Below the pieces are notes generated by a model that saw nothing but the letters and a program-made list of their open reading frames with translations, made no database searches and was not told the origin of the DNA. Shown here one piece after another: positions 1 through 10,932 of a DNA stretch of 64,000 nucleotides; the first letter of the stretch is position 1, and each line of letters opens with the position of its first letter. A program made the position numbers and the translations under genes. Origin of the DNA: Escherichia phage A4; sequence record ON286972; one strand, given 5' to 3'.

Positions 1-1
1 G

Positions 2-100
2 TCACTTGTTGTAGATTTCCGTTCAGTAACTTATGACCATATCAAACTAATCAATGAAATGGTTGATATCGTCGCTAAGTTCGAAGAAGAAACCGCATAA
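2..100 (+). CDS. hypothetical protein, 3' fragment (gene starts upstream of window)
   Basis: Frame open from window edge to TAA at 98-100 (...MVDIVAKFEEETA*). Confidence 0.35.
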   Translation, partial: SLVVDFRSVTYDHIKLINEMVDIVAKFEEETA

Positions 101-113
101 TATAAAAAGAAAT

Positions 114-142
114 AAGGCTCTCAATCGGGAGCCTTATATTCA
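114..142 (+). terminator. putative intrinsic terminator
   Basis: AAGGCTC / GAGCCTT 7-bp stem with 8-nt loop, weak T-rich tail. Confidence 0.35.
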
Positions 143-177
143 TTTGTTAAATAAGACAAAGTAAAGGAGTACTTAAT

Positions 178-729
178 ATGATCGAACAAATTCAAAAATT
201 CACGAACCAAATTGTAAATTTCCTAGCAGATAAAGAAGGATTCAGCACTGAAGTTACACATCACGGTGTTAACCTTAACGTTACTGCACCAAGCGGTGAT
301 GTAACGTCATATGACATGTATGAGTTGTTGCTTTATACAATGGCAGTACGCAAAATAGGTTCTGATATAGAGCTAAACATCAATACTGATGACAAAGGGA
401 ACAATATTTTTGCTATTAATACTGATGCTAAACTTGATGTAATTGCAGAAATTCAAAAAATTAACGAGTCATTTATTAATTTCCAACATGATACGATACA
501 ATCCGTTTTTATTGGTCATCAAACATCTGAAAGTGTTTGCCCTTTTTGTGTAATGACTCTCTATAAGAATGGTAATTGGATGCGTCATGATTTGGCTAAA
601 GCTGAAGTTCTTTATGCCATTACACATGGTATGAAACTTGAACTAGATGACAGTGCTTTTGTCTTTAAGAAACTAAGAAAATTAACACTAGATGTTCAGA
701 CGAAATTAAAAGAGCTTAATGATAAATAA
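178..729 (+). CDS. hypothetical protein (183 aa)
   Basis: ORF-track ORF; AAAGGAG RBS 7-13 nt upstream of ATG. Confidence 0.6.
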   Translation: MIEQIQKFTNQIVNFLADKEGFSTEVTHHGVNLNVTAPSGDVTSYDMYELLLYTMAVRKIGSDIELNINTDDKGNNIFAINTDAKLDVIAEIQKINESFINFQHDTIQSVFIGHQTSESVCPFCVMTLYKNGNWMRHDLAKAEVLYAITHGMKLELDDSAFVFKKLRKLTLDVQTKLKELNDK

Positions 730-840
730 TTATGCCAGTAATGGCTAACATATTATTATGTTATTTTTCCTCCCTTCTATAATAAAATTAATTTATTATA
801 TTTTCCATTTCTTATTGTACATTTTATATCTTTTCGTACT

Positions 841-863
841 GCCCCTCCCAGGGGCATTTTTTA
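841..863 (+). terminator. intrinsic terminator
   Basis: GCCCCT-CCC-AGGGGC hairpin followed by TTTTTT. Confidence 0.55.
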
Positions 864-877
864 TATTAGGATAAAGT

Positions 878-1273
878 ATGTTAGGTAGTAGAATAGGCAG
901 CATCGTCACAATTAAACTTTCTTATTATCTAAATGATTTTTCAAAGATCGATTTATCAAAATATCAGCAATCATCATTCTATTATGAATCATCTGAGCAT
1001 GAATTTTCTATCAGCAAAGAAACTGTAAAACTAAAGTATCAGGGGTTTGCAGAAAAGAATGAATTCGTGTATGATTATGGTATGGACAAAATTGTATTCA
1101 CTGAATATACTAAGGGTACAAGACCTACATGGAAAGCGGATTATCATAGAAAATCATTCATCAATATACATAAGTATCTTGACGAAGAGCATTACTTTCA
1201 ACAGTTGCTTTTGGAGGATTTACCATTCACTATTGATGATCTAAAAACATTATTTAAGTACTATGCGATATAG
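878..1273 (+). CDS. FQ-motif paralog family protein
   Basis: ORF track; C-terminal DEEHYFQQLL motif; RBS AGGAT upstream. Confidence 0.55.
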   Translation: MLGSRIGSIVTIKLSYYLNDFSKIDLSKYQQSSFYYESSEHEFSISKETVKLKYQGFAEKNEFVYDYGMDKIVFTEYTKGTRPTWKADYHRKSFINIHKYLDEEHYFQQLLLEDLPFTIDDLKTLFKYYAI

Positions 1274-1290
1274 TACTAAAGGAGATACAT

Positions 1291-1725
1291 ATGAATATAT
1301 CATTCAAAAAAGTACTAAAATATTTCCAAAATAATAAACTTAAAGATATGAAAGTACGTGTCAATTTCTTTGCTAAAAGTGTGTGGTTTTGTACAGAGGA
1401 TGAAATTAAGGTTAATGTAAGATTAACTGATTCATATGAAATAATTCGCCTGTACACAACCATTGATGGCGTGGATACCAAAATATCATACATTTCAACG
1501 AGTGGTACGTTGATCATGAGTACGCGAGAAAATGAAACTGACACATTCAATGAAATTAAGATAGAAAACGTCCATGAAATCACATCTGAAGAGATACTAT
1601 TTCAACGTTCACTTGTTGACAATGTACTAGATTTAACATATGATAATATCATACTAATTCACAAACTACATGATGAGGCAAAAGCGTTTGCTCTAACCAA
1701 ATTCGGAGAATTGGATGATAAGTGA
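1291..1725 (+). CDS. FQ-motif paralog family protein
   Basis: ORF track; AAGGAG RBS; C-terminal SEEILFQRSL. Confidence 0.6.
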   Translation: MNISFKKVLKYFQNNKLKDMKVRVNFFAKSVWFCTEDEIKVNVRLTDSYEIIRLYTTIDGVDTKISYISTSGTLIMSTRENETDTFNEIKIENVHEITSEEILFQRSLVDNVLDLTYDNIILIHKLHDEAKAFALTKFGELDDK

Positions 1726-2140
1726 CCTGTTGAATATTGATATCACTAAACTAAAAATTACCGATTGTGGTATGTGTGTCAATGATAAACGTAAGATTGA
1801 TTATGCTATACTTACTGATGGCAATAAATCTCTTTGGTATGATAAATCTGTAGGAATTCAATTTAGACATAGTTCTAGTATTGAAAAGTATTCAGAGACA
1901 TTAGATTACATAAGTAATGGTAGTATTATCTATGTAAAATATTCAGAATCTGGAAAAATTACAAATACCATTACATTCAATGAAAAGAAGTACTCTGAAG
2001 AAGAATTCTTTATGGTTAGTACTTTGTATGATTTTGGGTGTATCAGGTACTGTGATTATGTTAAAACATTGGACATTTCCAATAAGATCTATTCAATACT
2101 TGAGCAATATGAAAAGGAGATTGTAGATGACAGTAAGTAA
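1715..2140 (+). CDS. hypothetical protein, degenerate FQ-family member
   Basis: ORF track; SEEEFFMVSTL near C-terminus; 11-nt overlap with upstream gene. Confidence 0.5.
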   Translation: MISDLLNIDITKLKITDCGMCVNDKRKIDYAILTDGNKSLWYDKSVGIQFRHSSSIEKYSETLDYISNGSIIYVKYSESGKITNTITFNEKKYSEEEFFMVSTLYDFGCIRYCDYVKTLDISNKIYSILEQYEKEIVDDSK

Positions 2141-2537
2141 ATGTTACATTATCATTCGTGAAGACTTAGATATGCCAGTTGGGAAGCTTGCTGCTCAGGC
2201 GGGTCATGCGGTTGATTCTATCTGGTCCACGATTACAGTTGCTGGTACATCAATTCGTGGTTGTAATGCTGTTGGTGAGAACCCAAGAGATGAAGATGAA
2301 AAGATCCTGAACGATTTCAGTACTTGGGTACAGGACGGTCGCCGCAAGATTATCTTAAAGGCTAAATCTGAAGAACAGATGCTTAATCTATTCGATAAAG
2401 TGAAAGCTGAAGGATTCACTGCAACTAAGATTCATGATTATGGATTCAACCATTTTGATGGTCTAACATTAACTGGATTCGTTGTGTTCCCGTGCACTGA
2501 CGAAGTTAAAGCATTGAAAAGGGTAAGATTATGGTAG
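2127..2537 (+). CDS. peptidyl-tRNA hydrolase, PTH2-like
   Basis: N-terminal CYIIIREDLDMPVGKLAAQAGHA recalls the PTH2 signature (vvRtDLkMgkGKiaAQcaHA); about 136 aa. Confidence 0.55.
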   Translation: MTVSKCYIIIREDLDMPVGKLAAQAGHAVDSIWSTITVAGTSIRGCNAVGENPRDEDEKILNDFSTWVQDGRRKIILKAKSEEQMLNLFDKVKAEGFTATKIHDYGFNHFDGLTLTGFVVFPCTDEVKALKRVRLW

Positions 2538-2911
2538 ATGAATTGGATAGAAAAATTGATGCTTTGTATAAATCAATTGAAACCAATGAGGTTACTGTAT
2601 ATTATGGGAGACAGAGTGTACAACAATCAAATTCATGTTTACGTTTAACCATAACCTTAGATTCAAGAGATAATCCATATACTTGTGTTTTCAAAGAAAG
2701 AAACACCATTGAATGGATTGGTTGGTATATAGATGACCGTCTTTCATACCTTTATGATTTTGAAAATTATGATAGTTCAGAAGTTTACTTGAATTCATCT
2801 GAAGAAGAATTATTTCAACTATCATTAATTGAAAAACATGTAATGTCATATGACAATTTACAAAAAATCAAGTCAATAATGAATTATGCTCTATCTAAGG
2901 TAAAGCAATGA
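2531..2911 (+). CDS. FQ-motif paralog family protein
   Basis: ORF track; SEEELFQLSL motif. Confidence 0.55.
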   Translation: MVDELDRKIDALYKSIETNEVTVYYGRQSVQQSNSCLRLTITLDSRDNPYTCVFKERNTIEWIGWYIDDRLSYLYDFENYDSSEVYLNSSEEELFQLSLIEKHVMSYDNLQKIKSIMNYALSKVKQ

Positions 2912-3348
2912 ACATTAAATTAGTTAAAAAATATATCAGTACTTTTAATAAAATTAAATTTATCAACGATGGTTTGACTGATCCTGAAGAACAAATTAAA
3001 AATACCACATACGTAGGTCAGAATTGCTTTAAGATTATTATTGAAAATAATGTATTATCATTATCAGTTAATAATCTGGTATATGGTGATCAGATGTATA
3101 TCGTGCACAATGTTAATAACAATAACTTAGAAATTATGCTTCGTGATGATAATATTATCAAAATATATCAGGTACAAAATGTAAGTGAATGCACTACTGA
3201 AGAGGGGTATTTCCAGGAATCACTGGTTCAAACATTTAATATTGATTTTAAGGATTTGAAATATCTCATGAACACACTAACAAAAATGCGTTCAGCTATC
3301 TTTAACATCTTTTTTATTGATGAACAGCGACAAATGGATGTAAAATGA
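2908..3348 (+). CDS. FQ-motif paralog family protein
   Basis: ORF track; TEEGYFQESL motif; ATGA start-stop overlap. Confidence 0.55.
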   Translation: MNIKLVKKYISTFNKIKFINDGLTDPEEQIKNTTYVGQNCFKIIIENNVLSLSVNNLVYGDQMYIVHNVNNNNLEIMLRDDNIIKIYQVQNVSECTTEEGYFQESLVQTFNIDFKDLKYLMNTLTKMRSAIFNIFFIDEQRQMDVK

Positions 3349-3767
3349 ACCCAAGAGATTGTTTTGATTTGTTAAAGGGAATGCCTATAGATTCACTAGT
3401 ACCTGATAATAGGTTTGAGCACAATCTTGATTTTCATGGTGAAAATTACAATGTATATATAAGCTACAGTGATGATGAGAGTGAAGAACTAACATTTGTG
3501 TTCATTTATAATGTTTTTGAAGGTGATAAGTTGTTGGATGTTGAAATTGCATCATATACTGTCACAAATCAATACGTTATCGAAGATGAACTTCGCAACA
3601 AATTTGATATAACACTGTACAGTACTGAAGAAGAGTTGTTTCAGTTAAGTACTATCAGTGATGTGTGCACAACTGTCGAAGAGTTAGCAGACGTTAAGAA
3701 AATTATTGACACTGTGTACAACAAGATATACAATACATTCCATATCGAGAAACAATTGAAAGGGTAA
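3345..3767 (+). CDS. FQ-motif paralog family protein
   Basis: ORF track; TEEELFQLST motif. Confidence 0.55.
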   Translation: MNPRDCFDLLKGMPIDSLVPDNRFEHNLDFHGENYNVYISYSDDESEELTFVFIYNVFEGDKLLDVEIASYTVTNQYVIEDELRNKFDITLYSTEEELFQLSTISDVCTTVEELADVKKIIDTVYNKIYNTFHIEKQLKG

Positions 3768-3771
3768 CACA

Positions 3772-4032
3772 GTGACTACAGTAGTTCGTAAACGCCACAT
3801 GATGAACATGGATGAATTCCGTACATTTGACAAATATCGCACTATGTTTCGTATGCTGACACAGGGGCGACCAATTGTCATTGTAACAGAAAATTACATG
3901 TCACCGGAAATCATGTTTGGTAATTATGAAAAGGTTTTCATGTTGTATGTGAAGCGTGGATTATTAACTATCAAGACCTTAGCAGAAGCAACTGATGAAG
4001 ACATGGATGGTGATAACACATTCACTATGTGA
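3772..4032 (+). CDS. hypothetical protein (GTG start)
   Basis: ORF track; start codon is GTG. Confidence 0.4.
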   Translation: MTTVVRKRHMMNMDEFRTFDKYRTMFRMLTQGRPIVIVTENYMSPEIMFGNYEKVFMLYVKRGLLTIKTLAEATDEDMDGDNTFTM

Positions 4033-4108
4033 GGAACTATGAGCGAAAAACCAAAAGAACCATTAGACCGTGATGATGATTACTACGACGAACGTTATGG
4101 TGATAAAG

Positions 4109-4360
4109 ATGAGTGAACATAGTGCAGTACTAAAAAAGATTTTAAATGATATGGGTAGTGAATTTGAAGTTTCAGACGAAGAATATGAATTTTGGAAAAA
4201 GGATTTTGAACAACTGTCCGAGAGTGATAAAGTGTTCAATATGATTGGTGTGGTCAGTCAGTACATATTAGGCGGTGGTCGTGCTAGTGCTTCAATCCTT
4301 GCATCGGCAATCATCTGTACTGCCCGATGGTGTCAAGAAAAAAGTATTGACGATTTCTAA
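4109..4360 (+). CDS. hypothetical protein (83 aa)
   Basis: Same frame as track ORF 4070..4360; first ATG at 4109 (MSEHSAVL...), overlapping the stop of a 25-aa upstream micro-ORF at 4039..4116. Confidence 0.45.
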   Translation: MSEHSAVLKKILNDMGSEFEVSDEEYEFWKKDFEQLSESDKVFNMIGVVSQYILGGGRASASILASAIICTARWCQEKSIDDF

Positions 4361-4418
4361 ATTAGGAGATATAATGTTTGTATCAGAGAGAAAGAATGTA
4401 TAAGGAATTATATTTTGC

Positions 4419-4447
4419 TTGACAATGGAGCAATAATATTATACAAT
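4419..4447 (+). promoter_or_regulatory. sigma70-type promoter
   Basis: TTGACA-N17-TACAAT. Confidence 0.5.
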
Positions 4448-4646
4448 TAATCAATCTTATACAACGAGGAAACTCCAATTGAAATATGTAATGATCCTTA
4501 TCCCAGTGGGGTCATTCCATGAAATTCTACCTACTGATGTACTGGATGGTCTTAAAAAGAGAAATCCACATAAGTTTTAAATAGTATTAAAAAGGACAAT
4601 ACTGGGCGAATATTCGTCCAGTATTTTATTTTATAAAGGATTATAG

Positions 4647-6545
4647 ATGGAACCGATACGTGTACTATCACTATTCAATGGGATGAGTGTTGGGTATATG
4701 GCCTTGCAAAGTGCAGGAATACCAGTTGAAAAGTACTACTCATCTGAAATTGATAAATTTGCTATAGCTGAATCCCAGGCTAACTTTCCTGATATCATCC
4801 AATTGGGTGATGTAACTAGATGGAAAGAATGGGATATCGAATGGGACAAGATAGATCTTCTGATGGGTGGTTTTCCTTGCTTCCCAGCAGGAACCATGAT
4901 CATGACAAATGAAGGTCATAAAGATATAAAAGATATAAAAATTGGTGATATGGTTCTTACACACACTGGACAATACCAAAAAGTATTGAGTATTGGTAGC
5001 AAGATTGCACCAACAAGAATCATCACAGGTCAGGGACATATACCAATTGAATGCACTGATAATCATCCATTTTATGCGAGAAAAATGAGCAAGAAGTGGG
5101 ATAATGAAAAACGACAATATGTTCGTGAATATACAGAACCTACATGGATCGATGCACATGAACTCACAGAAGAACATGCTATATGTAATGTTCGTTGTAA
5201 TGTGAATTTTCAACATAACAAGAGTGAAAGCTTTTGGTATTTCATGGGTAGATTTATGGGTGATGGATGGACTTACAAAGTAAAACGACAAAATAGAAAA
5301 AATAGTTATCAATATCGTGTTTTTATTTGCTGTGCTCATGATGAATTTGATGAATTGGTTTCATGTTTTGATGGTATGAATATGAAATATAATTTTGTTA
5401 AAGAAAGAACATCTTATAAATTCTATATTTGTTCAAAAGAACTAGTTGAATTTTGTGAACAAATGGGTAAGGGTGCTTCAAATAAACAAGTACACCCCAC
5501 ACTTTTCACTGAAAGTATCGCTAATCAGAAAGCATTCATTGATGGTTATTTTGACGCAGATGGTCACCATGACAAGAAAGATGATTGTTTAAAATTTACA
5601 TCAACATCAAAGAATGTTATTCTTGGTATACAACAACTAATTATGAATGTGTATGGTCGTCATTCTAACATAACATACTTTAAACCGTCTGAAACAAAAG
5701 TTATAGAAGAACGTGTTGTTAATCAGAAGCCGTATTACGTATTAACATACAAAAAAGAAAAGCACCGAAAAGATGAAGCATTCTATGATGATGGGTCATA
5801 TTCATGGGTAAAAGGTGTTAAATCGAACACCACAACCGGAGAATGGAAAACCGTTTACAATATTGAAGTTGCAGTAGATAACACATATACGGCGAACAAT
5901 ATTGTAGTTCATAACTGCCAAGCGTGGTCAGTTGCTGGGAAACAAGGCGGTGTGAATGATCCTCGTGGTATGTTATTCCATACAATGGTTGATATTTACC
6001 AGCACATAAAAAGTCTCAATCCTAACTTGAAAGTTCTTTTTGAGAATGTTAAGATGAAGGAAGATTTCAAGGATTATATCAATGGCGTGTTGGAAATGAC
6101 ACCAATTTTGATAAATTCACAAAATTATACAGCACATTATCGCCAACGTTACTACTGGTATAGCTCGGATAAGTTGTTTATTCCAAAACCTCTTATTTTA
6201 GCACCAAAATTACAAGATATACTAACTGGTAATTGGTATACTGATCGTGATAAATCATATTGCATTGACGCAAACTACTTCAAGGGTGGAGATCCGAATC
6301 AGTACTTCAATAAGTCAAGAAGACAAATCGTTTTCAAAGACCCTGATATCAACAGGAACTTCCTGATTGAGAAGGGTAAACGAAATGTGGACTATCGTCA
6401 TTTAACAGTACAAGAGTGTTGCATGTTGCAAGGAATTGATGTAAACTACTTCAAAGTTAGTAGTTCAACACAAGCGTACAAAATGCTTGGTAATGGCTGG
6501 ACAGCACCTGTTATAGAACATTTACTACGTGATATATTCTTTTAA
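4647..6545 (+). CDS. DNA (cytosine-5) methyltransferase, intein-containing precursor
   Basis: Motif I LSLFNGMSVGY, GGFP|C...intein...HN|CQAWS (motif IV PCQ restored after splicing), ENV motif VI, QRYYW, GNGWT. Confidence 0.85.
   Translation: MEPIRVLSLFNGMSVGYMALQSAGIPVEKYYSSEIDKFAIAESQANFPDIIQLGDVTRWKEWDIEWDKIDLLMGGFPCFPAGTMIMTNEGHKDIKDIKIGDMVLTHTGQYQKVLSIGSKIAPTRIITGQGHIPIECTDNHPFYARKMSKKWDNEKRQYVREYTEPTWIDAHELTEEHAICNVRCNVNFQHNKSESFWYFMGRFMGDGWTYKVKRQNRKNSYQYRVFICCAHDEFDELVSCFDGMNMKYNFVKERTSYKFYICSKELVEFCEQMGKGASNKQVHPTLFTESIANQKAFIDGYFDADGHHDKKDDCLKFTSTSKNVILGIQQLIMNVYGRHSNITYFKPSETKVIEERVVNQKPYYVLTYKKEKHRKDEAFYDDGSYSWVKGVKSNTTTGEWKTVYNIEVAVDNTYTANNIVVHNCQAWSVAGKQGGVNDPRGMLFHTMVDIYQHIKSLNPNLKVLFENVKMKEDFKDYINGVLEMTPILINSQNYTAHYRQRYYWYSSDKLFIPKPLILAPKLQDILTGNWYTDRDKSYCIDANYFKGGDPNQYFNKSRRQIVFKDPDINRNFLIEKGKRNVDYRHLTVQECCMLQGIDVNYFKVSSSTQAYKMLGNGWTAPVIEHLLRDIFF
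4878..5915 (+). mobile_element. intein with LAGLIDADG homing-endonuclease domain (346 aa)
   Basis: Begins CFPAGTMIMT (Cys at 4878), two LAGLIDADG-like blocks (FMGRFMGDGW, FIDGYFDADGH), ends IVVHN at 5915 followed by Cys. Confidence 0.8.
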
Positions 6546-6560
6546 CCATCAGAGGCACAA

Positions 6561-7933
<1,373 letters not shown>

Positions 7934-7949
<16 letters not shown>

Positions 7950-8389
7950 CAGTACTGCACCAATTAAAGAAAGTTAAACATCCGGTAGTTTATAATGATT
8001 GGCTACGCCAGAAGGAGATGGGGGACTTTTACTACCCAAAGTCTAAAGTACTGGCAACGTCAAAAACTATATACCTGAAATATAACGATGAAGATTGTTT
8101 GTGTATTCAAATGGGATTCCATCCTAAAGTTGGATTGTTTACATCAAATCAAACATTTTATAAATTTAGAATTCAAAAAGATACATTTAGTATTCACATT
8201 GAAAAGCATGACGTAGAAGATACAATATATCGTGTGGAAAGTGAGCCTTTGAATCTTGTTGGGATTCCGTACAATAATTTAGAAGAAATGTACTTTCAGC
8301 AGTTGACAATACAAGAAGACTTTGGTATGATAGGACTTCAAGAGTTAGAGATGATTAAACAAATTCGTGATATCTACTTTAAGGAGTAA
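7934..8389 (+). CDS. FQ-motif paralog family protein
   Basis: ORF track; LEEMYFQQLT motif. Confidence 0.55.
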
Positions 8390-8391
8390 TT

Positions 8392-8535
8392 ATGCCAGTG
8401 CGTAACAGTACATCACGCTTTACACTTCAACAGAAAGCAGATCTTCTGAATATGGCTAATAAAGATTCTAATTTTTACTATCTAGTACTTGGTGGTTCAG
8501 TTGAAAAGATTGATCTACGCGAGTGTATGAAATAA
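8392..8535 (+). CDS. small hypothetical protein (47 aa)
   Basis: Not in track (under 60 aa); AAGGAG RBS 6 nt upstream of ATG 8392. Confidence 0.35.
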   Translation: MPVRNSTSRFTLQQKADLLNMANKDSNFYYLVLGGSVEKIDLRECMK

Positions 8536-8547
8536 TAAGGGGACAAA

Positions 8548-8718
8548 ATGAGTCTGAGTGAATCCTGGAAACAGTTCAAAGAAGAGATTGGTTATCGTGG
8601 TGTATCGAGTGAACCAATCAATCGTACTGAAAGCATTAAGGCCAGTACTAACGGTACTACCTATGACCGATATGACCCACGTTACGGGTTACATGAAGAA
8701 GTCAAAAAAGAAGATTGA
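8548..8718 (+). CDS. small hypothetical protein (56 aa)
   Basis: ATG 8548 after AGGGGA RBS; competes with track ORF 8558..8758 in another frame. Confidence 0.35.
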   Translation: MSLSESWKQFKEEIGYRGVSSEPINRTESIKASTNGTTYDRYDPRYGLHEEVKKED

Positions 8719-8781
8719 CAATATATCGAGAGTGTGTGATAATACTCTCGTCTTTTAATTAAACAAAAAGGTAAAATAAAA

Positions 8782-9348
8782 ATGGCTGGATGTGAAAAGA
8801 TTTGTGAATACAGTGATGAATATGTTGGACATGAAATGTATCACCATAAACGCAATCATATTCAAGTACTATCTAAGCACAGAAAACATTTCCGTGGTAA
8901 AGAGGCAACTCTTTTTGTTTTTGAAAATGGTTTGAAAGAAGTTTGGAAATCAGGTGGTCAATCCGACGCATCATTGGAATGTGTGAATCCCAATCCAACA
9001 GAAGAGAATTGGGATAATTATGAATACTTCCGCATGTTTAAACGTACACCGTGGGGTAAATCCGAATGCTATGCTGTGTTTTTTGAAAACCTCGATGAAT
9101 ACAAAGCTGCACTGAAACAGTTCCAGCAACGACTGGTAATGGAATATGCATATTACCTGTACGTACCAGATGTACCAGGTAAAGTCGGTGGTATGTATCT
9201 TAACTTCTCAACTGATCTGAGTGCAGTTAAGCGTCGTTTGCGTCGTCTGGTAGGAACACGCAATCTTAAAATCAAATACATGAAAGGTGATTTCTGCGAT
9301 TTCTATAATGAACAGAAATTGATTAGAATCGGTTCAGAGGACATGTAA
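8782..9348 (+). CDS. hypothetical protein (188 aa)
   Basis: ORF track; AAAGG RBS-like upstream. Confidence 0.55.
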   Translation: MAGCEKICEYSDEYVGHEMYHHKRNHIQVLSKHRKHFRGKEATLFVFENGLKEVWKSGGQSDASLECVNPNPTEENWDNYEYFRMFKRTPWGKSECYAVFFENLDEYKAALKQFQQRLVMEYAYYLYVPDVPGKVGGMYLNFSTDLSAVKRRLRRLVGTRNLKIKYMKGDFCDFYNEQKLIRIGSEDM

Positions 9349-9602
9349 TGGAACATCTTAAAACTATATGGGAACAAGTGAAAATCATCGTTGAAGGTGT
9401 TGTATTCGCTCTTATGACCTTAATCACAATTGTAGTTGCTTTGATTCCATCCATCATTTATCAATATAATGGTGGAACTAACACTGATATTGACTTAGCA
9501 TTGCGTATATTAGGTTTTGTGATTTGGTTACTATTTGTTGTTTGGGTGATGAACCGCAAAAGTCCATATGAGCAAGATGAGAAATCGGATAATGAGTATT
9601 GA
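9348..9602 (+). CDS. small membrane protein
   Basis: ORF track; two hydrophobic helices (VVFALMTLITIVVALIPSII, ILGFVIWLLFVVWVM). Confidence 0.5.
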   Translation: MEHLKTIWEQVKIIVEGVVFALMTLITIVVALIPSIIYQYNGGTNTDIDLALRILGFVIWLLFVVWVMNRKSPYEQDEKSDNEY

Positions 9603-10386
9603 AAAGATATTAAAAGATAACTTAACAAAGTACTTGATGAATTGCGACCGTGATGTACGCCGTAAATTTAACGGGTACTTAAAACGTTATCCTTACATCA
9701 TGTTTTGTCCTATTAAAATTAATAACGAGGAAGAACACGATTGTCTTCACATTGGATTCACAAATCGTGTACTGAAAAAAAGTGAATTGTCTGAATCGGA
9801 CGTATGGATTGAAACAGATGCACATGAGACTAATGTTTTCTATCTGTATACTCCATATGCAGAGATTGTACATAACATATGTGATGCTGTATTCATTAGT
9901 ACTGATGAGTTTCCAAAACTTTATATAAAGCCAGCACCACTTAAAGTTGCTATCAATGCACCATCTGTCGGGGAGGATGTATTTGGTACAATACAGTACT
10001 GTGTAGAAGAACATTTGGATCGTGAGATTTCAATTGAAATGGCAGACATGCTTGCTGATGCTGTATCTGAATGTACGGCCCTTGAAAGTTACCTTATATA
10101 TGATAAATCGTATTATAATTTGAATAACATTGTTGAAGGTGAAATCACAGTATGTATCAAATACAACAGTGAAGTTATTGGGTTTGTTCATTGTAAAGGG
10201 CATGATTTGTACCGTAAAAACATATCAGTGGTTGATCTACAGAAATGGAATCAGGTGATGGATTTAATCATTGACAACAGCGGTGTAAATGATATACTCG
10301 TTAAACAATATAGAGTAATCAACCCTAAAGATGACTGTGATTTGTACTTCCCAGTACAAGGTGTAACTGACGAGGATAAGCGATGA
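9568..10386 (+). CDS. hypothetical protein (start uncertain, possibly ATG 9592)
   Basis: ORF track; overlaps upstream gene, alternative in-frame ATGs at 9577 and 9592. Confidence 0.5.
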   Translation: MSKMRNRIMSIEKILKDNLTKYLMNCDRDVRRKFNGYLKRYPYIMFCPIKINNEEEHDCLHIGFTNRVLKKSELSESDVWIETDAHETNVFYLYTPYAEIVHNICDAVFISTDEFPKLYIKPAPLKVAINAPSVGEDVFGTIQYCVEEHLDREISIEMADMLADAVSECTALESYLIYDKSYYNLNNIVEGEITVCIKYNSEVIGFVHCKGHDLYRKNISVVDLQKWNQVMDLIIDNSGVNDILVKQYRVINPKDDCDLYFPVQGVTDEDKR

Positions 10387-10646
10387 AAATTTTAGAATAC
10401 GTATATGGCAGTGAACATCAAAGCACTCTTTATGTTGGTAATGAATTCAGTCCAGACCCTCTGGATATGTTACAACGCATTCAAGGGTTGAAGAAAGATA
10501 TCAGTACTAAGGAACCGTTTGTTAAGCGTGTTGACGTTCAATCACGCAATCCAGAAGAATATATTACCACAGATGCTGATATTAAAAAACTTCTTGCAAA
10601 GAATGGTTATGTTGAGTATAATCCTCACATCGTCAATCTTCAATAA
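10383..10646 (+). CDS. hypothetical protein (87 aa)
   Basis: ORF track; ATGA overlap with upstream gene. Confidence 0.5.
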   Translation: MKILEYVYGSEHQSTLYVGNEFSPDPLDMLQRIQGLKKDISTKEPFVKRVDVQSRNPEEYITTDADIKKLLAKNGYVEYNPHIVNLQ

Positions 10647-10656
10647 GGGAAAGCGA

Positions 10657-10932
10657 ATGACCGAATCAACAGAAGTACTGAAAGAACGCCTATCTAAACT
10701 CCGTGAAGAACGCCGCATTGTTCGTCTGGATTGGGATATTCTTAACCGCAAGGATGAACAATCCTATGCCAACTGGAGTTCAGATAAAGTTCGTAACGAA
10801 CGTTCTAAAGAAGATGCTAAACAATTTTCAGCACTGTCCAAGCGTCTATCATGTCTGAATAGTGAGATTACTGGAATTCAAAAAGAAATCACTGAGCGTT
10901 TACTATCTGAACTGAGATCAATGTATGAATAA
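10657..10932 (+). CDS. hypothetical coiled-coil protein (91 aa)
   Basis: Track ORF 10519..10932 trimmed to ATG 10657 with AAGGGA RBS; charged heptad-like sequence. Confidence 0.5.
   Translation: MTESTEVLKERLSKLREERRIVRLDWDILNRKDEQSYANWSSDKVRNERSKEDAKQFSALSKRLSCLNSEITGIQKEITERLLSELRSMYE

Noticed and set aside
1254-1583. 109-aa minus-strand ORF antisense to + strand genes at 1291..1725
   Set aside because: Antisense to a tiled + strand gene with RBS; low-complexity translation.
4740-5339. 199-aa minus-strand ORF inside the methyltransferase/intein gene
   Set aside because: Entirely antisense to a well-supported coding region with recognisable motifs; low-complexity hydrophobic translation; no RBS.
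8558-8758. Track ORF (66 aa) MNPGNSSKKRLVIV...
   Set aside because: Overlaps a better candidate in another frame (8548..8718) that has an RBS and more typical composition; neither is certain.
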